Shown: piece after piece, positions 1 to 8,520 of the stretch
Layout: each line of letters starts with the position of its first letter
How positions within the stretch are numbered: position 1 is the stretch's first letter
Origin: an uncultured delta proteobacterium
Lineage (GTDB): Bacteria > Myxococcota > Kuafuiibacteriia > Kuafuiibacteriales > Kuafuiibacteriaceae
NCBI GenBank assembly: GCA_963803435.1
Contig: CAWDML010000004.1
Location: 32,001-96,000 of the forward strand
Reading direction: 5' to 3'
DNA: 64,000 bases
Program-made: the position numbers and the translations under genes
The notes under the pieces: generated by a model
The model's input: the letters and a program-made list of their open reading frames with translations, nothing else
Database searches by the model: none
Told to the model about the DNA's origin: nothing

Positions 1-84
1 GATGATTGGATCGTGCAGGTCTCCTGCTGGACGTCCGCCAAGGGCTACGTCATCGCCGATGCCATGAAGCTCGAGCGCCGCTAG
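1..84 (+). CDS. 3' end of a protein with a golvesin/Xly CBD-like C-terminal domain (partial, window edge)
   Basis: Frame 1 reads DDWIVQVSCWTSAKGYVIADAMKLERR*. This is near-identical to the C-terminus of the 23106..24629 protein, with the 'VIADA' golvesin-type ending. Confidence 0.8.
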   Translation, partial: DDWIVQVSCWTSAKGYVIADAMKLERR

Positions 85-143
85 GAGCGTGTAGCGCGTA
101 GCGCTACCGCGAGCCCGGTCCGGGTCCCGGTCCCGGTCCCGAT
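85..143. repeat. Left inverted repeat, with a GGTCCC/GGGTCC hexamer run
   Basis: Its reverse complement aligns to 1336-1401 with one extra hexamer unit on the right and a few substitutions or indels. Confidence 0.9.
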
Positions 144-148
144 GGCGA

Positions 149-360
149 TCATGCAGCCCGGCGTGCGTTCATCGACTTGATGAGGCGCGTGAGCATCTCG
201 ACAACGCGCTTGAGCTTGGCTCTGGCGGCTTGGACCTTCTGCTCGTTGGGGAGTCGGCGCCTCAAGCAGGTGTGGAGTGAGGCGGCGCTTTCGGTGCCAG
301 AGCGAAGTGCCATCCGGTAGAAGCGAGCCTTCTCAGGTGGATTGAACTCTCCGGCGCCCT
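149..360 (-). pseudogene. C-terminal half of a four helix bundle protein (23S rRNA IVP / TIGR02436-like), 5'-truncated
   Basis: GAGEFNPPEKARFYRMALRSGTESAASL...KLKRVVEMLTRLIKS matches the family pattern after the NIAEG motif. The N-terminal half is replaced by transposase sequence. Confidence 0.75.
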
Positions 361-1315
361 GGAGCGAGCGCGCACGATCGACCAAGAGGAAGACGAGCGG
401 CTGGGCGTTGAAGAGACTGAAGAGGACATCCCAGCGGAGCTCGCTCGCCGTGAATCCCGCCTTGCCCGCATTCGAGAAGCGAAGGCTGCGCTGGAACAGG
501 ATGCCGCCAGGGCTCGCGCGGAGAAATTGCGCAGGCAAGCCGAAGAGCAGCAGAGCAAAGCGGATGATGCTCTTGTGGATCGGGTGGAGCAGAAGCGAGC
601 GAGAACTCGAGCCGAGAAGGCAAGAGCGCAGGCTGACCAGCTCGAACCATCCCCAGACCCAACTGAACGAAATGATGGATGGCCGCATCATCGCGTTCCT
701 GCCAATGTGGACGGCACACCGAGGCCCCACGCTCAGAGGAACTTCACCGACTCAGACAGCAGGATCATGTTGAAGGAGGGAGCGTACCTCCAGGCCTACA
801 ATGCCCAAGTTGTCGTAGATGAGCACGCTCAGGTGATTGTCGCCGAAGGGGTCAGCAACCAGGCACCTGATCAGCAACACCTCGTCCCGATGCTCCGTGA
901 TGTGTTCGGCAACTGCGGCGATGCTCCGCGGAAGATGACGGCAGACAACGGCTATCCTGAGCGCGACCAACATCGAATTCTGCGACAACAATCAGATCGA
1001 TGCCCACATCGCTGTTGGACGCGAACAGAACCAAGACGCGTCGACTCCGTCCTCATCAGCTTCGGAGCCCACACCTGCCTCGCTCGCTCGCAAGCGAATG
1101 CGAGACAAGTTGCAAACGCGCGACGGCAAGGCGGTCTACGCCCGCAGGAAGAGTATCGTCGAACCGGCGCTCGGACAGATCAAAGGGGCACGAGGATTCC
1201 GCCGGTTCTCGCTACGCTCCTTCTTCAAGGTACGACCGAGTGGACGCTCGTCTGCCTCACCCACAACCTGCTCAAGCTCTACCGATCGAAGCTCGCGACC
1301 GTCGCGAGCGTCTGA
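359..1315 (+). pseudogene. IS1182-family transposase, N-terminally truncated, with two compensating frameshifts (about 956 and about 1235)
   Basis: Motifs LERARTIDQEEDERLG, RRESRLARIREAKAALE, QRNFTDSDSRIM, QAYNAQ, ADNGY, YARRKSIVEP-GQIK-RGFRRFSLR and EW-L-CLTHNLLKL. Confidence 0.85.
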
Positions 1316-1335
1316 CTCAAGGCAGCCATCTTCAG

Positions 1336-1401
1336 ATCGGGACCCGGACCGGGACCGGGACCCGGACCGGGCTCGCGTGAGCGCTTACGTGCTACACGCT
1401 C
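1336..1401. repeat. Right inverted repeat, with an ACCGGG/ACCCGG hexamer run
   Basis: Sequence atcggg-acccgg-accggg-accggg-acccgg-accggg-ctcgcg...gctacacgctc mirrors 85-143. Confidence 0.9.
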
Positions 1402-2343
1402 CTAGAAGGTCCCTGCGAGCCCGAACGTCGCGCCCCCACGATCGGTGGGCGCGACGGTCGGGGCCAGCGAGACCCCGACGCTCGTCGTCCGCTCGGGCTC
1501 CAGCTTCTGCCAGGACAGGGCCGCCGCATCGACGGCCGGCACCACCACGAACATGATCAGGCCGCCCACCACCGCGAGGGGGGTGGCGTCCGAGCAGACC
1601 CGGGCCTCATCGCAGATCCCGATCGTCCCCAGCACGGTCAGCGCAGGGACGGCGACGCGGAGGCCCATGCTGAGGAGCCCCATCCCGACGTTCTCGTGAA
1701 AGAAGTGGGTGAGCGGCGTTCCGATCCCGTAGCCGACCAGGCCGAGGCCGCCCAGGATCGACGACTTGCTCGTGAAGGCCACCAGGACCAGCGAGGCGGC
1801 GTCGGAGGCGAGCCCCTGCCAGCCGTACCACTTGCGCGTGCGCGGCCGCCGCGGGACGCGCCGGAGCCTCCGCTTGATGCGGGCGCGGGTCGGGGAGTCG
1901 CTGATCGCGCGGCGTCCCGCGTCGAGGGCGACCCTGGCGGTGTGCGTCGCGCCGTCTCCCGTCATCCACTCGACGATCACGGGCTGGCCGGCGTGCTTCT
2001 CCGCCATGACGGCGACGTAGCCTCTCCGGTTCGCCACCCGCACGCCGTCGATCGAGACGAGCGTGTCCCACTTCACGATACCCGCGCGCTCCGCCGGGCC
2101 GTCGGGCTTGAGCGACTTGATCCGCACGTGCCCGCCCAGGTCGACGACGTTGATGCCGAGGATGCCGCGGCCCTTGCCGATGGGGGTGTGCAGCGGCGGT
2201 GGTGGCGGTGCGATCGTGCTGGTGGCGGCGGAGGTCGACGTGAGAGCATCGAGCTCACGAAAGATCTTCGGCCCGCCCGGATCCTCCTGCGCGTACGCGG
2301 AGCTCGCCACCAGGAGGCCGACGGCAATGATGGGGAGCCGCAT
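1402..2343 (-). CDS. Exported/membrane protein with a PDZ domain
   Basis: Signal peptide MRLPIIAVGLLVASSAYA; PDZ motifs ILGI..GPAERAGI..D.LVSIDG; hydrophobic C-terminal WYGWQ region. The start overlaps the upstream stop (TGATG). Confidence 0.75.
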   Translation of the reverse strand: MRLPIIAVGLLVASSAYAQEDPGGPKIFRELDALTSTSAATSTIAPPPPPLHTPIGKGRGILGINVVDLGGHVRIKSLKPDGPAERAGIVKWDTLVSIDGVRVANRRGYVAVMAEKHAGQPVIVEWMTGDGATHTARVALDAGRRAISDSPTRARIKRRLRRVPRRPRTRKWYGWQGLASDAASLVLVAFTSKSSILGGLGLVGYGIGTPLTHFFHENVGMGLLSMGLRVAVPALTVLGTIGICDEARVCSDATPLAVVGGLIMFVVVPAVDAAALSWQKLEPERTTSVGVSLAPTVAPTDRGGATFGLAGTF

Positions 2344-2843
2344 CAGATCGTGAGCGTAACCTGCACGCCGAAGCCGACCCAGTCGTAGCCGCCGGGGCTC
2401 TTGATATGATTGAACGAGCCCCATATCCCCAGATCGATGAGCGGGAGCGTCGTGAAGTCGAGCCCGCCGCCGACCTCGTACACCAGGCCGCTGGTGTCGA
2501 GCTGGCCGTGGGCTCCGAGCGGCGCGCCGTATCCGACATGCGCGAAGCCGACGATCGCCAGGACCGCGATTCCGAGCGAGGCCCGCACGCCGACCATCGG
2601 CCGCAGCTCGTTCACCTGCAGCTGGAGCGGCATCCGATCGTAGGCGACCTTGACCTCCGGGATGATGTGGATGATCGCGAGGTCGATGTCGTAACCGAGG
2701 CGCCCCGCGAAGCCGAACCCGAAGCGCTTGGCGGTGAAGATCGCGCCGGCCTCGGCGCCGATCGAGATGTCCGCCAGCGCCGTGCGCGCCGAGGTGGCGG
2801 CGAGCAGAACGACCGCGATTTGGACGAGCTTCCGGTGTGCCAT
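2343..2843 (-). CDS. Small outer-membrane beta-barrel-like protein
   Basis: Signal peptide ending ALA, alternating amphipathic strands (AGRLGYD, EVGGGLDF) and a terminal strand FGVQVTLTI. Confidence 0.7.
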   Translation of the reverse strand: MAHRKLVQIAVVLLAATSARTALADISIGAEAGAIFTAKRFGFGFAGRLGYDIDLAIIHIIPEVKVAYDRMPLQLQVNELRPMVGVRASLGIAVLAIVGFAHVGYGAPLGAHGQLDTSGLVYEVGGGLDFTTLPLIDLGIWGSFNHIKSPGGYDWVGFGVQVTLTI

Positions 2844-2954
2844 CGGCCCAAGTCCACGCTGGGACGAGGCGAAACGCAACCGTGTGGAAGCGCTCACTAG
2901 ATCTTTCAGGGAGGCCCGTGTTAGGCCGTTCGGCCCGAGAGGAGACATGCACCG

Positions 2955-3872
2955 ATGACCACCGATCGCGTGAAAGAGATCCTGAGCTGGTATGGCTCGG
3001 AGAACGCCGGCGTCCTCAACAACCTGGCCCGCATCATGAACAACGGACGGCTCGCCGGAACCGGAAAGTTCGTGATCCTGCCCGTCGACCAGGGCTTCGA
3101 ACACGGCCCGGCGCGCTCCTTCGCGCCCAATCCACCTGGGTACGATCCCCGGTACCACTTCGAGCTCGCGATCGACTCGGGGTGCAACGCCTATGCAGCG
3201 CCGCTCGGGTTCATCCGGGCCGGCGCCTCCGAGTTTGCCGGTGCGATCCCGACGATCCTCAAGCTCAACAACAGCGACGTCCTCGCGTCCGCCGAGGATC
3301 CCTGCCCTGCGATCACCGCGTCGGTGCAGGACGCGCTCGAGCTCGGGTGCAGCGCCATCGGCTTCACCATCTATCCCGGCTCTGCGTTCCGGAACGAGAT
3401 GTACCAGGAGATCCGCGAGATCTCGGAGGAGGCGCGGGCGGTCGGACTCCCCACCGTGATGTGGTCGTACCCGCGGGGCAGCGGCCTGTCGAAGGACGGG
3501 GAGACCGCGATCGACGTCGTCGCCTACGGCGCGCACATCGCGTGTCAGCTCGGGGCGCACATCGTGAAGGTGAAGCCGCCGAGCGCGAAGCTCGAGCAGG
3601 CGGACGCCAAGAAGGCCTACGAGAAGGCCGGCATCAAGGTGGACACGCTCGCCGATCGGATTCGCCACGTGGTCCAGTCCTCGTTCAACGGCCGCCGCAT
3701 CGTGATCTTCTCGGGCGGCGCTGCGAAGGGTGAGGCCGAGATCCTGGAAGAGACCCGCCAGATCCACGCAGGCGGCGGCTTCGGATCGATCATGGGGCGA
3801 AACAGCTTCCAGCGGAGCAAGGCCGACGGGGTGGGGCTGCTCCACAAGATCATGGACATCTACCGGACCTGA
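2955..3872 (+). CDS. fbaB: Class I fructose-bisphosphate aldolase (DhnA/FbaB type)
   Basis: Motifs ILPVDQGFEHGP, AYAAPLG, GFTIYPGS, WSYPRG, LGAHIVKVK (Schiff-base Lys), FSGG and GRNSFQR; SD GGAGA upstream. Confidence 0.92.
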   Translation: MTTDRVKEILSWYGSENAGVLNNLARIMNNGRLAGTGKFVILPVDQGFEHGPARSFAPNPPGYDPRYHFELAIDSGCNAYAAPLGFIRAGASEFAGAIPTILKLNNSDVLASAEDPCPAITASVQDALELGCSAIGFTIYPGSAFRNEMYQEIREISEEARAVGLPTVMWSYPRGSGLSKDGETAIDVVAYGAHIACQLGAHIVKVKPPSAKLEQADAKKAYEKAGIKVDTLADRIRHVVQSSFNGRRIVIFSGGAAKGEAEILEETRQIHAGGGFGSIMGRNSFQRSKADGVGLLHKIMDIYRT

Positions 3873-3887
3873 TCGCACCCTTCGGAG

Positions 3888-6226
3888 GTGAGTCACATCC
3901 TCGGGAAACGACTCCGAAAGTCCGAAGGCGTCGCCAAGGCCACCGGCCGGACGATCTACGCGGACGACCTCCGTCTCCCGGGCATGCTCCACGCCAAGAT
4001 CCTGCGCAGCCCGCACGCGCACGCCCGCATCCTTCGCATCGACATGGACAAGGCCGCCCAGCACCCCGGCGTCCGGGGCGTCCTGGTCGGGGCCGAGATC
4101 CCGCTCCGGTACGGGATCATCCCCTGGACGCAGGACGAGCAGGCCCTGGCGGTCGACAAGGCGCGCTTCGTCGGGGACGGCGTCGCGGCCATCGCGGCGG
4201 TGGACGAGGACAGCGCCAACGAGGCGCTCGATCTGATCGAGGTCGACTACGAGGTGTTGCCGGCGCTCCTCGATCCTGAAGAGGCCTTCCAGCGCACCGA
4301 CGTCATCATCCACGACTACGACCAGAAGAAGCGCAAGGGGAATGTGTCGAAGCAGGTCGACCTCACCTTTGGAGAGGTCGACGAGGCGATCGGCGAGGCC
4401 GACGTGGTCGTGCACGGCGACTACTTCTTCGAGGGCACCACCCACGCGCCGATCGAGCCCCACTGCGCCGTCGCGGTCTGGGAGGCGCAAGGCAGGTTGA
4501 CGCTGTGGTCGTCGACGCAGGTACCGCACTATCTCCATCGTGAGCTGGCCCGGGTCCTCGACCTCAAGCCGTCCCAGATCCGCGTGATCCAGCCGGCGCT
4601 TGGCGGCGCGTTCGGCGGCAAGAGCGAGCCGTTCGATCTCGAGTTCGTGGTGGCGAAGCTGGCCATGAAGACCGGCCGCCCGGTGAAGCTGCTCTACACT
4701 CGGGAGGAAGTCTTCTACTCGCACCGCGGGCGTCATCCGATGTTGATGCACTTCAGCACCGGCGCGTCGCGGGACGGAAAGCTCGAGGGCGTGCGCTCCC
4801 GGATCTTGATCGACGGTGGCGCGTACTCGTCGTTCGGTCTGGTCACCGCCTACTACGCCGGGCAGCTCCTGACGGGGCCGTACCACTTCCCGACGTACGG
4901 CTTCGAGGCCACGCGGGTGTACACCAACAAGCCCTGCTGCGGGCCGAAGCGCGGCCACGGGAGCGTGCAGCCCCGCTTCGCCTTCGAGGTTCAGCTGGAC
5001 GAGCTGGCCGAGAAGCTGGGCATCGATCCGATCGAGCTCCGGCGGCGGAACTTCGTCGGCGAGCACACGGATACCGTGAACGGCCAGCGGATCACCTCCA
5101 ACGGCTTCCTCCAGTGCCTCGACATGGTGGAGAAGGCGTCGGGCTGGAAGACGCGGCGCGGCAAGCTCCCCCGCGGGTCGCGGGCTGGGCGTGGCCGGCT
5201 CGATGTACATCTCGGGGACGGCGTATCCGATCTACCCGAACGACATGCCGCAGTCGGCGGTGATGATCCGGATCGATCGCAGCGGCGTGATCGCCGTGCA
5301 CTGCGGCGCGTCCGACATCGGACAGGGCTCCGACTCGATGCTTCAGTACATCGCCGCCGAGGAGCTGGGAGCGCCGCTCTCAGCCGTCCGCGTCATCAGC
5401 TCGGACACGGATCTGCCCCGGTGGATCTCGGTGCCTACTCGAGCCGCGGTACCTTCATGGTGGGCAACGCCGCCATCGAGGCCTGCCGCAAGCTCAAGGC
5501 CATGATCCAGGAGGCGGTCGCCGCTGAGTGGAACCTCGCGCCCAAGCAGATCGAGCTCGCGGGCGGCGACGCCATGTTCGTCGGCGACACCGGGATGCGG
5601 ATGCCAATCGAGAAGGCCTATCAGCTCGCCGAGGTGAAGTTCGGATCGCTGGCGGCGACCGGGAGCTATCGGACCGAGAAGCTCGGCGGAAACTATCGTG
5701 GCGGCACCATCGGTGCGTCGCCGGCCTACTCGTTCACCGCGCACGTCGTGGAGGTCTCGGTCGACGAGGAGACGGGCATGATCGCCGTCGAGAAGATCTG
5801 GATCGCGCACGACTGCGGCAAGGCGCTCGCGCCGGTGCTGGTCGAGGGCCAGATGGAGGGCTCGGCGTACATGGGTGCGGCCGAGGCGATCATGGAAGCG
5901 CAAATCTTTCACGAGAGCGGCCTCCACACCTCGCCCTCGCTCCTCGACTACAAGATGCCCACGTCGATGGACGTCCCCGACATGCAGTCGCTGATCGTGG
6001 AGTCCGATCGATCCCAAAGGGCCCTACGGTGCCAAGGAGGCCGGCGAGGGCCCGCTCCACCCCGCGATTCCAGCCATCAGCAACGCCGATCTTCGACGCG
6101 GTCGGAATCCGACTGCGCCGAACCCCCTTTCGCCCCATGGACGTGCTGGCGGCGCTGCGGAGCGACCTGGTCGACGGGTCAATAGTTGGCGCGGACCAAC
6201 CCTGGCTGGATGGGCTAAGTCCCTAA
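3888..6226 (+). CDS. Xanthine dehydrogenase-family molybdopterin subunit, 4-hydroxybenzoyl-CoA reductase alpha (HcrA)-like; about 4 indels (near 5177, 5418, 6005, 6087)
   Basis: Motifs LRSPHAHARI, STQVPHY, LGGAFGGK, RGHG, DIGQGS, YSSR-TF-VGNA, VEGQ-EG and GPYGAKEAGEG, spread over shifting frames. Confidence 0.85.
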
Positions 6227-6475
6227 AGTCTGAGCTTTTTCCAAACAAAACTCTGCCGCCGCACGCTATCGTCCCTCCGCTGTGCGGTGACGCAGAGCAT
6301 CATCGGACCCGGGGCGGAACACGCACATGGATTCGGACGAAGTCGTGCGGGCCCATCAGGCGCGCTGGCAAGGACAGGCGGGCTCGGGTTCAATGGTCGG
6401 AGCGGTTTCACACGACGCGCGATCGGTGAGGTTCGAGCCAGGGGGAACGGTTCGAGTCTCGAGACTGGGGGGTTC

Positions 6476-7243
6476 ATGAGTGCGAGCATCTTGATCGTAG
6501 AGAATGAGGCCGTCGTTGCGACGGACCTCGAGCAGCGTTTGGGCGGGTTGGGCTATTCGATAGCCACTGTCAACAACGTGGAGGAGGCGTACGCGAAGGC
6601 GATCGAGCTTCATCCCAATCTGGTCCTGATGGATATCTCACTTGGGAGCAGCGACGGCATCGACGCTGCGAAACGGATTCGGATGAAGGTCGATGTGCCG
6701 ATCGTTTACCTGACCGCGCAGGCGGATGTCGCGACCCTCGAGCGGGCCAAGGTGACCGAGCCCGTAGGATACCTGGTCAAGCCGTGCAACGAGCGCGAGC
6801 TCCACGCGACGATCGAGCTGGCGCTGTATCGTCACGAGAAGGATCGGCGGCTGCGGAAGATGGCGGATACCGTCGTCGAAGCGCTCAACTACATCGACGA
6901 TCCGGTGTTCATGGCGGACGAACGGGGCAATCTCACCTTCATGAACGGGCCTGCGCGCTTGATGCTGGAAAAGACGGGAACGCCGCTCGATCGGGCCTCC
7001 GTCCTGAAGATGCTCTCGAATCGCCCGGCCAACGGCCACCACCTCCCGAAGGGGATGGATGCGCTCTCACGCCGGGAGCAGGAGGTCCTCGGCTGGTTTC
7101 TCCGGGGCTTTGGAACAGCGACGATCGGGAGCCGTCTCCACGTCAGCCCGCAGACGGTTCGCAATCACCTGAAGAACGTCTGCCGTAAGCTCGACGTCCG
7201 ATCGCAAGTCGAGTTGCGCGAGCTCTTCGCCGAAGAGGCTTAG
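6476..7243 (+). CDS. Response regulator: REC + short PAS-like segment + LuxR HTH
   Basis: Receiver motifs ILIVENE, VLMDI, YLTA and VKP; LuxR HTH LSRREQEVL...IGSRLHVSPQTVRNHLKNV.RKL. Confidence 0.9.
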   Translation: MSASILIVENEAVVATDLEQRLGGLGYSIATVNNVEEAYAKAIELHPNLVLMDISLGSSDGIDAAKRIRMKVDVPIVYLTAQADVATLERAKVTEPVGYLVKPCNERELHATIELALYRHEKDRRLRKMADTVVEALNYIDDPVFMADERGNLTFMNGPARLMLEKTGTPLDRASVLKMLSNRPANGHHLPKGMDALSRREQEVLGWFLRGFGTATIGSRLHVSPQTVRNHLKNVCRKLDVRSQVELRELFAEEA

Positions 7244-7249
7244 TTTAGC

Positions 7250-7792
7250 TTAGCGTTTCATCCGCCCGATGGCGGACAGATTCACGAAGTTGATCACGAA
7301 GTGCGCCACGATGGCCGCGGTGAGATGACCGCTCACCAGCGTGACGATCCCAAACAGCAGGCCGAGGATGGCGGTGAGCACCGTCCACGGCCGGAGCTCG
7401 GGGCGCGGCGGCCAGTGCGCCAGGCCGAAGATCAGCGTGGTCGGGAGCAGCCCCAGCGTCGGAAGCATCGCGCCGCGGAAGAGCATCTCCTCGGCGAAGC
7501 CGGAGAGCAGCGCCAGGATCAACGCGTCGCGCAGCGTGATCTCGCCGAGCACTTCGGAGAACCAGTCGGCCAGCGACTGAGCCCACGGGAAGCGATCGAG
7601 AAGGTTGTTCGAGGCGATCACCCCGGCGCCCCCGATCGCCCCGACGATCGCCCACAGGACCACGGAGCCGAACGAGGGAGGATGATCGGTCCAGAAGAGC
7701 GGGTGGCCGCTGATCATCGACCACACCCACGCGACGCCTGCCATGGCGGCGTAGACGGCGAGGGCGGTGGAGAGCAGCCTTTGGCGGGACAT
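7250..7792 (-). CDS. CPBP (Abi/CAAX) intramembrane glutamic protease
   Basis: Motifs EEMLFRG, FGLAH and AHFVIN; multiple TM helices. Confidence 0.9.
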   Translation of the reverse strand: MSRQRLLSTALAVYAAMAGVAWVWSMISGHPLFWTDHPPSFGSVVLWAIVGAIGGAGVIASNNLLDRFPWAQSLADWFSEVLGEITLRDALILALLSGFAEEMLFRGAMLPTLGLLPTTLIFGLAHWPPRPELRPWTVLTAILGLLFGIVTLVSGHLTAAIVAHFVINFVNLSAIGRMKR

Positions 7793-7936
7793 GGGTCAAT
7801 CCCATGATGGACGACTGACCCGGGTACTTCAACGGCACGGCCGGGGCGGGCGGCCCCGGTTCGCAACCGCGATTGACACCCGCGCAGAGCGCGCCTTGCG
7901 AACCGTGGCATCTTGCGATACCGGGGAGAGCGCGAC

Positions 7937-8446
7937 ATGATCTCCGAGTTCGAGGACGACATCCTCCGATCCCTTCGCCGGATCAGTCGGGCGATCGATC
8001 TCCACAGCCGTTATTTGGCCAGTACGTTCGGGTTGACCGGACCTCAGCTCGTCTGCCTCCGCGCGCTGGGCCAGCGCGGTCTCGCGACGCCGAGCGAGCT
8101 GGCGAAGGAGATCTCGCTCAGCCAGGCCACCATCACCGGGATCATCGACCGCCTGGCGTCCCGCCAACTGGTCACGCGCGAGCGCACCTCCAAGGACCGG
8201 CGGTTGGTGACGGTCCGGCTCACGGACGCAGGTCGCGCGCTGATCGAGCAGGCGCCGTCGCCCCTTCAGGAGCGCTTCCTGGAGAAGCTGCAGGCGCTCA
8301 CCGAGAGCGAGCAGCGGCACATCGGTGAGAGCCTGGAACGGATCGTCCGGATGATGGACGGCGAGGAGATCGAGGCGGCGCCCGCGCTCGCGCGCGTCGA
8401 CGCGGTCGACCTGCTCCCGGAAGAGCCCAATCTCGAGGACGAGTGA
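7937..8446 (+). CDS. MarR-family regulator (EctR-like)
   Basis: LRRISRAIDLHSR.L...GLTGPQL, SLSQATITGIIDRL and DRRLVTVRLT. Confidence 0.9.
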   Translation: MISEFEDDILRSLRRISRAIDLHSRYLASTFGLTGPQLVCLRALGQRGLATPSELAKEISLSQATITGIIDRLASRQLVTRERTSKDRRLVTVRLTDAGRALIEQAPSPLQERFLEKLQALTESEQRHIGESLERIVRMMDGEEIEAAPALARVDAVDLLPEEPNLEDE

Positions 8447-8520
8447 CTCGAGCCCCTGGATCCTCCGCGTCTTGACGTAGCGCGGATCCGCGTGCGGTCG
8501 ATGTAGACGTATCTCTACGC

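Larger units (their letters stand above)
85..1401. mobile_element. IS1182-family-derived element, internally deleted, with long terminal inverted repeats and a four-helix-bundle passenger remnant
   Basis: Ends GAGCGTGTAGC (85) and GCTACACGCTC (1401) are reverse complements, flanked by CTAG at 81-84 and 1402-1405. The element contains IS1182-type transposase motifs. Confidence 0.85.

Noticed and set aside
111-143. GGTCCC hexamer runs as CRISPR or a simple microsatellite
   Set aside because: There are no spacers or cas genes; the runs belong to the mirrored element ends.
149-360. Diversity-generating retroelement, suggested by the Avd-like gene
   Set aside because: No reverse transcriptase and no TR/VR pair differing at adenines is visible. 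The 1-84 and 24546-24629 similarity is not adenine-specific.
361-730. N-terminal part of the listed 193-aa ORF 149..730 (-)
   Set aside because: It is the antisense of the transposase; only 149-360 is a real four-helix-bundle remnant.
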